64,000 nucleotides of DNA from Takakia lepidozioides (Eukaryota > Plantae > Bryophyta). The stretch covers positions 38,440,001 through 38,504,000 of the forward strand of contig CM060731.1 of NCBI GenBank assembly GCA_030704615.1, written 5' to 3'. The translations under genes and the position numbers were made by a program. Numbering within the stretch: position 1 is the first letter of the stretch; the number at the start of each line of letters is the position of its first letter. The notes beneath the pieces were generated by a model that ran no database searches, was not told where the DNA came from, and saw nothing but the letters and a program-made list of their open reading frames with translations. Shown here piece by piece: positions 1-12,503 of this stretch.

Positions 1-520
1 TTCTATCTGCTCGCTATTTCATCACAGGCTGTTCAATATCTGGCAGAGGTATTAGATTTGGATACAAAATGCGCAGCTTGCCTTCATGAGACGCCCGTCT
101 TCATGCAGCACTCTAGGCATGGCTTTGTTCTTTATGTGTGCCTGTCCTATAAAGACTGCTTAGGTACTCATCATTAGCAAGCTAACTTGCTGACAGACAC
201 CAGGATGGGGCTGTTTTGAACCTGAACTGCTGAAGTGAAGATGATTGGACCATTCAAACAAAACTGGACTTCAAACTATGTGTCCCAACATGGAAGTTAG
301 AAGTTTGAGTTTCTTTCTCCTAAGAACATGTAGTGAACTAACTGAGAAACGTAGAAAATTTTCTTATATGTACTCTAATTTGGTGGCATCACCTCACAAC
401 CGTCACCTCCCCCTCCCCATGCAGGTCCAGTGACCATTCCTGCCTTATTTCTTATTAAGGTCAAGTTAACAAGGAGCTTGAGAAATGAAGGATCTTGAGA
501 AATGCTTTCTTGTGCTGCAG

Positions 521-3320
521 TACAACAGTAATGGCAAGGGATGCACTAGCTTTGATGGATCACTTGGGGTGGCAAAAAGTTCATGTGGCTGGGCATTCCA
601 TGGGTATTAACTCATTTCTCCCTTCCGTTCCAGTTCCTCTTCCACTTGCGTTTTATTCTCTTTCCCTCTCTTTTTGCTGCTGACACAGCCATTGCCCTAA
701 CTTGGTAATTAGAATGTTCAAATGGTAACACGCATCTTTCTGCTGTTTCTTCCCTCCAGGGGGTATGATAGCATGCAAACTGGCAGCCATCGCGCCGGAT
801 CGCATCATATCCTTGGCTCTCATCAGTACCACAGGGGGTGGATATGAGTGCTTGCCAAAGGTACTTTCCATGTCTGCCTCCCTGTTTCTGCTGACACAGC
901 CCTTTCTATTGCTTCTATTGCAGTGTTGAGAGGGTTATTGCTCTGATATGCACGTTTTTAAGGCCGGGGTTACTTGTGCTTGTGCCATCTGGGTTAGAAT
1001 GGGCAATTTATGATGCAGTGGATCTTCTTACCTTTCTATTGATATATCGTATGGTGTGTTCCAGCTTAACAAGAAGATGTTTTCCATTGCCTATCGCTTT
1101 ATTCGGGCAAAAACTCCAGAAGAAAGGGCGCATGTTGACCTTGACACTCATTATACCCAGGTGAGCTACTTACCAAATCCACTACATGGAAGTCGTGAGA
1201 GGGGAGTAGTATGAAGTTACACAAAAGATGTGAATAAATGCCCTTTCATAGTGATGAAATGTGGTGTGGAGTGCAGGACTATCTGAACACGGTTGTTGGT
1301 GGAGAGAAACGGAGAGCTGTGCTTTACGAGGTAGGGATGGCAGCCAATGAAAATAAGTGCCCTTTCATAGTGATGAAATGTGGTGTGGAGTGCAGGACTA
1401 TCTGAACACGGTTGTTGGTGGAGAGAAACGGAGGGCTGTGCTTTACAAGGTAGGGATGACAGCCATGCTGCCTATCGTCTTGTGATGATTCTGTCTCTTG
1501 GCAAATGCACACTAGTAGCAGTTCTGCTAGCTTTCACCGTGGTGAAGATTTTCTTGTCATGTTTGTGTATTATGCCAGAAATACCTGCAGACACTCTCTT
1601 CTGCTCTGCGGGCTGAACTGTCTGACCTGACTTTATTTGTTACACTAAAGGTCCTGTGGGTTGCTTTATCTTGTGGATCTTGACTTCACATTTTGGGTGG
1701 GTTTGTAGGAGTATGTGAGGAATCTGTCAGCAAGTGGGATGCAGCCTCGTCATGGGCTCGATGGACAGTTCAATGCCTGCTGGACCCACCATGTTGCGTC
1801 CCATGAGATTGAAAAGATACGCTCTTCTGGCATCATTGTTGGAGTCATTCACGGCAGGCAAGAAAACCTTGCACCATCTTGCATCCTTGTGTGTATCTCT
1901 CGCCGTCACTCTGTGGGCCCTTGCTAATCATACGAGTCTGTGATGGAGAACCAGCCTCATAAAATGATCAGTGGGCGGGATTATGAAGGAAGTGTGAGTG
2001 TATGGCAGCAAGGCAAGTTCTGTAGAGATTTGGTAATCTTGAGGGAAAGATTATTGTGAAGGCTACTGCTGATGGGTCATACCCCTATCTCTTGGTGGGG
2101 AAACAGTGGCGATGTGGTAGCACAAATAAGACATGCCCGAAATCTTGCTAGGAAACTGCGTCCGGTAGCACGAGTCGTGGAACTTCCTGGTGGCCACATG
2201 GTCACTCACCAAAACACTTTTGAGGTGCACACCTCTTTCTTTCTCTCTTGTTCACACCTGTTGCATGAAGGCTTTTCTTGGGAGTTCCAACCATTGTTGT
2301 CGAGAGAAAAAGAGCTGCAACAGTTGCAAGTATCTGTACTGTTCACTGTTGGTGCAGCCATTACCATTTGAGTATGCACAGCTCAGCTCGGCCACCCTGG
2401 GCCAAGTCTTCCAGGGGCCCAGTTTGCAAGTGCTCAGTTTGGAAATGATGTGGCAGGTGAATGAAGCCTTACTAGATCTGATAAAAGCTGAAAGGCTGAA
2501 TGTTCGCCTCTCCGAATGCAGCGATGAAGCCTCTTATTTTGAGGAAAGTAAGACCCTAGTACTTTGTCCTTTGCTCATCACACTCTCGTGCATAGAAAAG
2601 TTACAGTGATTCCAATGAAAGTAGGAGGTTTCCTAGTGCAAGGAATCAAACAAGAAGTCAAGCATGACTTAACAGCACCTAGTGCAAGGAATCAAACCAG
2701 AAGTCAAGCATGACTTAAGAGCATCTAGTGCTTGGGTTGCTGGAGGTGGGCAGAGATGGGAAGTGCTGAAGTTGAATCATAGTTTGATGGTGGGCACTTC
2801 ATGGGGTTGTCATTCAGTGGGCTCATACATGGAATGATTGTCTCCTAATTTACAACTTGAAAATCTCAATATCCTGACCCACTGGACTTACAAGCCAGTA
2901 TCTGCATTTAATCTCTATGTAAGCACTAGACTTGTAAGGGTGATGAAATTGTTAAGGTTCTGGTGGGCTTGGTCCTGGTAGATAGGAAAAGGTAAGCATT
3001 ACTGGATGAAGATTAGTGCTTCATTGTAGATAAGACTTCAAGTTGATACTGATGTTTCATGTGAATTCTGTGATGTAGAAACAGTAACAGACTTACTTAT
3101 AAAACTGTGATATTTTCTAACAGGCTGGAAAATATGGCAGAGTGGAGACCTGGCAGACACAAGGAGCAAAGACAAGGAAGAAAAGTGTGGTTGTGTGGCT
3201 GCTGCAGTTGAGATGATAAGTAGTCTATGGCCACATTGGCTTTCTTTCATGTATGTGTTCCCCACTGTTTATTGGCCCATCACATGGGCCCGAAGTTATT
3301 ATAAAATCTACCTTCCTTGA
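521..3320 (+). CDS. Alpha/beta-hydrolase (abhydrolase_1, resembles Arabidopsis At5g53050), multi-exon, 5' exons upstream of the first visible exon
   Basis: Exons bounded by AG/GT: 521-603 (TTVMARDALALMDHLGWQKVHVAGHSM), 760-860 (GMIACKLAAIAPDRIISLAL..CLPK), 1065-1160 (..AKTPEERAHVDLDTHYTQ), 1277-1330 and/or 1396-1449, 1709-1857 (GC donor), 2107-2224 (GDVVAQ..PGGHMVTH), 2457-2547 (VNEALLDLIKA), 3124-3320 (stop TGA). Nucleophile elbow GHSMGG plus Asp and His of the triad are present. Confidence 0.9.
1232..1466 (+). repeat. 119-bp tandem duplication containing a complete 54-nt exon with both splice sites
   Basis: Two copies of ..gtgcag|GACTATCTGAAC..CTTTAC(G/A)AG|gtaggg at exons 1277-1330 and 1396-1449. 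Confidence 0.95.
2633..2730. repeat. Intronic ~47-bp tandem repeat (2 copies)
   Basis: tagtgcaaggaatcaaac(a/c)agaagtcaagcatgacttaa repeated directly. Confidence 0.85.
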
Positions 3321-3763
3321 GGACCTCTGACATTGAAGTGTGGTTCTCAAATTGCATCTTGTAATTCAGCTTTGAATCTCAATAAACAAGTTAGGAAGCA
3401 GAATCCAATGTCCAAGAGAACCTAAATCTACAAAGCAATCAACCAACCTTGATAAAGATCGGTCAGCTCATTGTTGATGATCGCGACAAAGATGATGGCA
3501 ACCACTTGGACCATCACCAGAACAGGACACCACAAATTTTTCAGCTTCTCATTTGATCTAGAAGAATTTATGAATGTGCAGGGGTTGAATACTACCTCTA
3601 AGAAAAAAGTAGGAGGGTTAGACTTCTGTTTCTTTCTCTCTCCAAAGCAAGGGCCTTCATACTCTGATCGGAAGGAAACCTCAAATCAACTTCAAATCTG
3701 ATTGTTGTGGAAAAACTGTTGCCTCACACTATACTTGAATTTTGGCACAATAACTAGAGTAGG

Positions 3764-4500
3764 TTTCATAGAGGCGTTATTCTCTTACAAGAAACAATGG
3801 TCACTGTGACAATGAAGCAAGCCCCTGTTCCCAAGGTATGCCGTTTCAAACAGCGCTCCGTATATGGAGTTCGATGGGAGTGAAAAAACTCCAGGACAGA
3901 TCGCTTGTGAAAATAGGTGGCAACAAGAAGTTGACACTGCATGATGAGCTGCGGGACATGGGTCGAGCAATCGTAACAATTTCACATGTTGGTAAGCGAT
4001 TGCGGGAGGTGGACAGGGCGGAAACGGCCCTTCGACATAAACAGGTAATAGATCACACACCTGTGATGCGTTGCTCTTGCCCATGGATGCTTTAGAGCGA
4101 TCAGTTATCTAGATCTGTGTTCGATAAAATGAATGGAAATCAGTTTGGCACTGGCGGTGCATCAATGAAGGAATCTTGCATATCAATCAAGCATGCGACC
4201 TACTTAGATTAAATCACATCATTTCACACCTTCCTGCCAATTTTGTGCAGGTGGATAGCACTGTGGAAGGCCTCTCTTGAAAATGAAGCTCTCGACAGGA
4301 CATCGATACAAATGGTGGAAGTCTACAACGAGCGAGTTCAGAGAAATGCCCCGCCTTCGTTCTCCCAACTTGGACTGTTGCATTCCACAAGGCTACCGCC
4401 AACAGTGTATTGTCAGTACGTTCTCTCTCATTCCTGGGTACTGAGAACATACCACACCCAACCATGTAGCAGGATTTCACCCAGGATCATCTGGGTGGCA
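3764..4500 (+). pseudogene. NLR fragment: end of NB-ARC (winged helix, MHD-like LHD motif), intron, start of LRR-proximal exon
   Basis: MPFQTALRIWS..LQDRSLVKI..LTLHDELRDMGRAIV. Intron ~4045-4250 lies at the same position as in the HNL at 41961-42162, and the next exon VDSTVEGLS matches VYSTVEGLS. Stops follow. Confidence 0.85.
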
Positions 4501-4669
4501 CTCTGTGCACTATCCAACTGAGCTACAGACTGGTGGTTCCTTCTTATGGGCTCCTACCTCACTAAAGGGAAATGAAGACCTTTTTTACTTTCATTTTCCG
4601 CCAAAACTGGAGGATGATCAACGAGATTTCCGCCAGGAAATCTGTCTATCTGTGATTCTGTATATGGGG

Positions 4670-5240
4670 TGAGCTGCATTCATCATCCTGTAAATCAGAA
4701 GTGCTATCAATCATGTTTTGGCCAACTTCAAAGAGAAAACATCTTTCAAACTCTATGATTCACGCAAGTTCTGCTTGACCCGCACTAACTGTCGTGGTGA
4801 ACCCTCCTCTGCCTCTGCAGTGTCACATAGTTGTGGTCTTGTTGCTGCATCTTATGGAGAGGCTCAACTGCACACAAATGTTTGATCATGCCGTCCACGA
4901 GTGATTCCACCCATAGGAGCTACACATACGGTATGTGTTTTGGCTACGCACTGATGACTCGAGTTTATCCAAAAGAGCTTTGAATATTTTACCGATGTGA
5001 TTGCCAGTTATCGCTGGAGCAGCTGGAGCCATTTTACCGATGCTCCAGTTGTGCATCGACTTGTAGAGGGCAACGAGCGTACTGACTTCCCCAGAGTGCA
5101 GGTGTTGCTAGGTTTACAGAGTTGGAGACATTGCGCTTGTATGCTGATTGGGGCTTTGAGTAGTGAGACGATGGTGAGGTTAGCAGCGTGGCTGGGCAAA
5201 GCTTATGCACTTGACAGGGTTGCAAGTAACTAACTAATAA
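4670..5240 (+). pseudogene. Decayed 5' end (upstream intron and first codons) of another HNL gene
   Basis: 4670-4864 aligns by eye with 38911-39115, which precedes the HNL start ATG GAG AGG CT. The acceptor is mutated here (gcat instead of gcag). MERLNCTQMFDHAVHE* follows. Confidence 0.6.
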
Positions 5241-5294
5241 GCTCATAAAAATATGGACAAAACCCTCAAACAAAGGGACGTAGTGAAGTCTCCA

Positions 5295-6045
5295 CTAGCA
5301 GTGGGAAAGCAGGTGCATGCGCACATCATCCAAAGTGGATTAAACCGAACACCTTATTGCTCAACACCCTTGTGAACATGTATGCCAAATGTGGGAGTCT
5401 GGTGGAGGCACGCCAAGTGTTTGACAAAATGCCTGACGTGGACAATCATGATAGCAGGATATGCCAAGCATAGGTGTGCTGAGGAGGCTTTTAAAATGAT
5501 ATTTAAGGGTGTAGTTGCAATGAGAGTCCTACATACTGTGCACTGTGGTTACTTCCAAGTCATTATTAGGATGGAACATGAGCAAATGCAACTGGAGGGG
5601 GTGACACCCCACAGGGTCACCTTCATTTGCATTTTCAACGCTTGTGCCACCCTAGGAGCCTTGGAAAAGGGCAAAGAGGTTCATGCTGCCATTATCACAG
5701 CGGGAATCCCTTCATATATTAATTTGGAGACTGCCCTTACTGACATGTATGCCAAACTTGGGAGCATGAAGGATGCGCGGCAAGTGTTCAACGAATGCCA
5801 TGATTGGAGGATATACTCAACATGAGTACGGTATGAAAGCTTTGGAGCTGTATAAGGAAATGCAACTTGAAGGGGTCATCCCAACAGGGTCACATTCATT
5901 TGCGTTCAAATGCATGTGCCAGGATAGGAGCCCTAGAAAAGGGCAAAGAAGTCCATGGTGATACGGAGAAAGCTGGAACTCCATCATATATTAACTTGGA
6001 GAATACCCTTGTTGACATGTATGCCAAATGTGGGAGCATGAATGG
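5295..6045 (+). pseudogene. PLS-class PPR fragment
   Basis: MYAKCGSLVEARQVFDKM, WTIMIAGYAKH, VTFICIFNACATLGALEKGKEVHA, with frameshifts, an ~80-bp insertion at ~5498 and truncation at ~6045. Confidence 0.9.
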
Positions 6046-9000
6046 CATCAACACGAATAAAATCAGCCACAATATTTTGAAAAAAAAAAGGGGGACAATG
6101 AATAGAAGTCACCTCGTTGGACTGCTCTCGAATTCTCTTCCGATTCATTTCAGGTGGCAAAACTCTCAAAGTATCCCAACGTCCCTCTCCAATGCAACAT
6201 GTTTTGTGAGCATAAGGTCAGTATTGGCATTGATAATGGACATAATGTTCCCCTATGAGAGGCTGGAGCTTCAACAATCGATGATTACATTAGCGAAAAC
6301 CGGGCAAAGTGTTCTCATAAGCCTATTGGTCGAGACTATGCCTGTTGGTATGGTCTTCTTGTTCTTCCACTTGTAAAACCTCCGCTGCCCAGTGGAGGTT
6401 GACATTATTGGGGAGTTGGGGTGCAGACAAACAAACTTCTCGGTTTAATCCCTCTTGGAGTTCATCCCGTCATTCAATTTTGCACTGGCAAAGAAAGTAA
6501 ATGTAATTTTGTTGAGTGGGTCCAAAAATGGGCCCCACATTCAACGGTGGTGATTTGGGGATCTCGCTCTGATTGGCCTCAAATTTGTTGTGTCCCTGCA
6601 TGAGGTAGTCGCGCACCTAATGTGCGGTTAAAATCTTGAATATTTTTGTTTTCAAGATTTTATGAAGTTTTTCCTGCGCGCGGGGGTCTTGTTTTTGGAA
6701 AAAGTCAAACATTCTCACTCGGCGCTTAAGGGTTAAAGAAGTTTGCAGGAAAGGAGAAGCTCATGGGACACTTGGCAAATTTATGCAGAGCCCACTTGCT
6801 ACTTGTCAACAGCCTGAGAAATCAGGCCTCCCTATTACTACTCCTGGGATCCCCACTGATGTGTCCATGGAGCGTGATGATGCCACTATAAAATGCCTAT
6901 CTCTGCCCAACAATGATGCAACTTTCAATCGTTGAAAAAGCTGAGTGAGTACACAGGGATTAAAGAACTTTGCAGGAAAGGGGAAGCTCATGGGACACCT
7001 GGCAAAATTGGGCTATGGTATTGTTGAGGTAACATTGAAGCTCCCCATTTTTCTAAAGTTGGGTCTGAGTTCACTTCTGGGCAGGCTTGAACCCTTGTTT
7101 GGTGACAAGGACTTGGTGCGGTTCATCAAGTGAGGGCTCAATTCCGAGAATTGCCTTCAGCGATACTGTCTTGAATAAGTAGCCATCTTTGAACATCATG
7201 TTGCCAAACTGGTCAAAAAGTTCGCTGGAGCTGCTATCCCGCTTGCGCTCCACAGGATTCCCTAGATCCCTGAAATGACAGACCAAGCTCGTCCTTAAGT
7301 TTTGATGGATGTCAACACGAATGCTTCTGTATGGTTGCGGGAGTTGCCACTTGTCAGCTCCCTTTGCTGCCTAAAGGGTTTGCTAAGGGGTTTGATTTTT
7401 GTCGTGTGCAGCGACTCCGGGTGGAAGAGATCAAAGTGTTTGTCTGTCTCGTTCCTTTTTAGCGGTGTTGTGTATGCAAGCTGATTAGAACATCAGAGTT
7501 GGAGCGAAGATAAGAGGGTGATGGAGGATCGCGGCCTAGTAAGAAGGCCACTGAAATCACGGCAGCCACAATGGAAAGACAAGGTTAATATCTGCTCTTT
7601 CCTGAATTGAGACCTTCATAGTTACTTGTATGTATAACGAATGGCTGGTCTTCCTCATGGTCTACGAAGTGTGCACCTTTGCAATGGCCTGTTGGCTGTA
7701 TGTGTGTTGATGTACAATGGAAGGTTTTCGTGTAATTGTTCAATGCACCCAGGAAATCTGTTTCTTGTGCCCGAGAAAGTGTTGATTGAATGGGCAGAGC
7801 AGGAGCTATTTGTTTTGGCATTCCCATCGTTGTAACAGTCATCGATTGCTGTTCTTGAGGGAGATATGCCTGCAAAGAGTGAGGCACGAAAGGAGACAGT
7901 TGTTGGGGAAGATCCGGTGTGAAGGCTCCTTCCGTTAGCAAGTTAAATGAAACAGGAAGGAAGAATTAGGTAGCTGGAATAGAAGCAATACTCTTTCATG
8001 AGCTTTTAGAATGGCCTTAGCTTTACATAAAAGAGTCATGCCAAAATGGGGATTATATGGTGTGAATGGTGTGAGGCTAATCTCAGGTAGTGGTAGGGGA
8101 TTACATAGGGGTTTGTGTACGTGTGGGTGCAGAGGCTGCACTGCTGAGGGAGTACGAGGCAGCTGATACATCAGCAAAAAAATTTACAAAGAGGTTTTTG
8201 GTGACATCCTGAAATCTGGAAATGTATCAGATGTCATTCACGACACTACCCTCATGTTTATATATGCTGAAAGGAGCTGTCCCATTTGACTGATTGATTA
8301 CCTTTGGGATATTACATGTTCGCATGTATTGGGGGCAAGTGTTATGGTGTCCCCAGCCCTAACTTTGGCCCACATGCAAGGCACTTGGTGCCTAGGCATG
8401 CCAGTGGGTTCAACTCCCACTTGGGTCTTGCACTGAACTTGTATTCACTTTGCAAAGAAGCCTTCCCCTTTTGGTTGCACTTGGAAATTTTTATATGAAC
8501 TTGCAAATAATACACACAACTTTGACCAACATTTTAGGACTTTAGGATTTTTCCTCTGCAACACTTAGTTGGACTTCAATCACAAATTTGGTGTGTTCCC
8601 CAAATGTGGCCACTGACTATATTTGGTTAGAGACATGAATTGGGGTTAGCCAAAAGTCTCTGTTTTTACTATTTATGATTTAGAAAAGTTTATAGGGGGA
8701 TGGTATGCAAATTTGGCAGTCTTGCCATAGTTGATCATGGCTACTTTGCTTTTAGCAAGGGTGGCTATTGGATGGCAAAAGCAGAATAGCCAAAATATTG
8801 TTCTTCACTACCCCATCCAGGTCAGGTACAAAGGAGGCCCCATCAAATCTGCATATTTTGAAGTGAAAATTTTCATACATATGCTTGACTTGATTATGGA
8901 CTAGAATCCATTCCCAATTACCCATGCTGTTTGGAAAATATTTCCGTCGTTTATTATGCCATCCAACATTTGACAGAGCCAGTCGATGTTGATTTCACCA

Positions 9001-9404
9001 TTGGCCAAGATCAAACTTCATAATCTCTGAGATCCAACGGTCGTTTCCTGTTTTTCTTTCACCGTTGGATGCGGAAGATAGGTGGGCATCCAACCCTACG
9101 GTGGACAAGACTGGTTCGTCCACAATCTAGAGCTATGGTCCCCAACCTGCTAAGGGGTCTGGTCTGCCAGGCCAATTTCCAGCCCACCCAGGTTAATAGA
9201 TTCACTGAGCTGTAGTGGAGGTTGATTAGGCCCTTCACATGTTATGTTATCTGTTTCTCTTTCTCTCACTTACATATGCAGGAGAAACTAATCAGAGCAG
9301 GAAAGGTGATGCTCTAACGCTCTATATATCAAAAATACTTGGACTAATACCAAGTTTCTTAGGCTCTTATTTAAGCTAACTTCGGCATCTCTCTCATCTA
9401 CTTA

Positions 9405-10696
9405 TTAGAACTCCATCTCTTGGCGCTCATACCAAAACTTCCCTGAAGGCCCTCCAGGAGGCTGGAGAGCTACCCACACACCAGTATCAGCACCTACATC
9501 AATGGGCTTGGGTGTGTAGGGTAGAGCCAACCCCGCAGCCTGCGCGTTTACCACCATCTCTGTTAAAGTAAGCGGGGGAGTATAACTGTTGACAACGATG
9601 CTCTCGTCTTGCGATCGACCAGAGAAGGCGCGGTGCAGTATGCTGACGTATGCATTCACCGCAACCTTCGAAACAGAATACGTTGGTGTATATGTGGGCC
9701 AACCCTTTCCCTTCAACGACCCAGTACTCACATCTTGAAGATACTCACCAATGAACTTGTTGACGGTGGCTTCTTGGATGTGTTCACGATCGGCCAACTC
9801 TTCACGAAACTTGTTTTCCACGAACTGAGGCAGTCAAAGAAACAATGTTCCACGAAACTCAGCCGCTGTACTACTGCAAGACAGGGATGAGGAGACAAAA
9901 CTACAGCATGTTCCAGGCAAAGTTGTATAGACGTGTCACGACTTATATACACACTCAACTCTCAAATAGCTCCAGTATTGACAGACCTCAAGTAAAAGGT
10001 TTACTAATTACTCTTCTCCAGAAGAATACCCATATGACGGAGAAAAGAGACAATGTGTCTGAGAGGAGACCTTCAATTGGCCAAGTCCCGAGGAAACCAT
10101 CACAATGCGCGCACCAGCCTTAGTGTGTCGTAAAAGAGGGAGCAAGGCTTCTGTTACACGCTTCACACCATCATAGTTGGTGCTTATAACCTCTTTTGCA
10201 TCCGCTACACTCATAGGGTCGACCTTCCCGATCGCAGCATTATTTACCTGCCCACGAGAAAATGCACCAGTTTGTCAACTTCCATCAAAAGACCCCCTAA
10301 CTTCCTGAGTTAATGTCATGTGGCTCGCGTCTGTCTGTGTAAGAGTCGATCTTCATGTCTGCCTGGATCTTTCACAGTATGAGGGAGAATTAAACACTCT
10401 CTAAATTGGGGAATTCTCCCGAAACTAACCAGGATATCGATACCACCATAGGTGTGGCGAAGCCAATGTGCCAGTGTACGTGCAGAATCCTCGCTGGTGA
10501 CGTCAAGAAGATGGAAAGCCACCTGCTGCAACCCTTCTCTTTTCAAAGCTTCAAGGGCCTCACGCCCACGACGTTCATCGCGCGCAGTCAGAACCACAGT
10601 GATCCCATGTTTTGCCAATTGGCGTGCAATCTCCAAGCCTATGCCCTTGTTGGCCCCCGTCACCACTGCCACTGTGTCCTTCGACCACCATCTCAT
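9405..10696 (-). CDS. Short-chain dehydrogenase/reductase, carbonyl reductase / (+)-neomenthol dehydrogenase-like; 3 exons
   Basis: Exon 1 ~10696-10430 with TGANKGIG Rossmann motif, exon 2 ~10247-10071 (VNNAAIG..TNYDG..RIVMVSSGLG), exon 3 ~9824-9405 with catalytic YSVSK and GADTGVWVAL..GPSGKFW. No disabling lesion seen. Confidence 0.92.
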
Positions 10697-12503
10697 TCTG
10701 CATGCATACGAAGAAGCCAGATCATATATGTGGTCGATGTTCGATTTGAAATGTAGCTCGACCCAGTTACTTGATTCTTAAATACAATTCAACATGGGGA
10801 AGCAGTGTAGCGTGGGGAGGAGTATCGTACATGTTGAACAACAGAGCTGACATCTGATCATTCTCAATTTATATTCCTCCCAACAGAATTGATGGAGGGT
10901 GCAAAATCTTATTTCCAACAGAACTAGGTACCGCACTGTATCCGAACTATCATTGATCACAAAAGTGCGTCATGTAAGCTCAGTGCACAAAATAATCTAC
11001 CGTCCGATGAATCAAATGATTGATGACAATGCGTAATCCCTATGAATCAGTATGGGTGCCATTCTGTCAAATCAATAACAATCTATGACAATTCCTACTG
11101 TACTTGTAACATACAATTAAAATTATCCCCACCTGCACTCCTGAGACTCATTTCACTCAAACATCACATGAGCACAACAGTCTCGACTGACTTCTCTGAA
11201 CATCCCCAATCTAATCTCTAAATCGAATCCATGTAAAACCATAATCTCAACACACTACAGACAGCCAAAACATGGAGTTAAATGCAATCAAAGTCGCCTA
11301 CTCAAGGCGACGCTTTGAAGAGCGGGATGAGAGTCTTCGCAGACAACTTACTGGGTAACTGAATCCATAGCTTCCGCCCCCGTGATCGGTATGTCCAAAT
11401 TGCTGATTGCTTTGCTTGCCCCTTGTTTGGCTGCACTCTACACTCCCTTTTTCTCTCCATATGTACCAAGACCGTAGTGTCTCAGTGTCGAGAGGGTCCT
11501 ACCTTCCTGTTAAGGCAAGCTTGCCGTGCACTCCATTGAAGAGAAGTTGCCAGGGTTGCTTCCGGATTCCGCACCCATGGTCAAGTCCAATCGTCATGCT
11601 ACTCTCAATAATGTCCCAAATTCTGGCAGGGGCTACTCCTTCTCCAACCCTCCTTCTCCAACCCATAAACTAAGGCCTTGGGCTTAATCAATCGATTTAA
11701 TCCTGCTTTGCTGTCCCGACGCATGCCTCTCTTCCCTTCCCCATGCAGATTATTGCGTCTTAATTTTGCATGCTCCCACGCCGTCCCTGTCACCTTTTGA
11801 CGGCGCTCTCCTCTTCTCCCCCTCGCTCCAAGCTGCAGTCCCGCGCTCTGTATGCTCTTGCGATCTTTTGGAATTCCTCTCCTCTTAGTTTTCTGTGCCC
11901 GCCTGCAACCCTCCTACCCCTGCTGTCAGGCCCGCTCTGCTGCCTTCCTTTATCTCGCCGCCCTTGTTCTATCTCTGTTTATATACCCTTTGCTCCTGAT
12001 CCCTGCTGCTGCCGATCTTTCTCACCTGCGCATTAGGTGCGCCGCCCCCACCTTCGTGCGTCGTTCTCCACCCCGCCTGCAGCGTTTATGGTCCTCTTCT
12101 GCTTGGGTGTAGTTTCTGCCCCTCTCCTGCTTGGGTGGCCGCAGCGTGCTCTTTATTGCCCATTTCGGCTCCGCCTCAGGTCTATTCATTTCCCAGTGCT
12201 GCGGATCTTCAATTTGCTGCAGCGTTGGTCTCCAGCTCCCCCCTGGCTCTTGGATTCAGCTTCGGCTGGCCTGCTGGCTGCTTTCTCTTCTTAAGGTGAC
12301 CTAGTCCCCGTCCCTCGCCTCATCTCATTGTCTGTTCTCTGTCCCTTCCTTGGTAGCCGTTTGTTGTGTGTCTCGCCCACCCCCAGTCTGCCATGGCCTC
12401 TCGCGGTGCTCCCCGCAAAAAACGATAGGGCTCTGGGTCAAGTGTTCGTGGTAGAGGCAGCTGGATCCCCAGCGCATCAACTTCCAATCCTGCCCCCTCC
12501 ATT

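Larger units (their letters stand above)
3237..6045 (+). repeat. Segmental duplication, copy 1 (hydrolase 3' end, NLR fragments, PPR fragment); copy 2 at ~30231-33570
   Basis: Near-identical colinear sequence, e.g. 3255 vs 30245 'gtgttccccactgtttattggccc'. ORFs 3471/30462, 3838/30828, 4243/31218, 5034/32076 are paralogous, and the PPR at 5295 matches 33047. Confidence 0.95.

Noticed and set aside
521-4500. The spliced alpha/beta-hydrolase as the N-terminal domain of the adjacent NLR fragment
   Set aside because: It has its own stop at 3320 and belongs to a different hydrolase family (GHSMGG, At5g53050-like) from the HNL-type domain at 39-40 kb.
6960-9200. ORFs at 7071-8177 and repeat-like sequence at 8.3-9.2 kb
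   Set aside because: Low-complexity or unrecognised; probably TE debris but cannot be classified.
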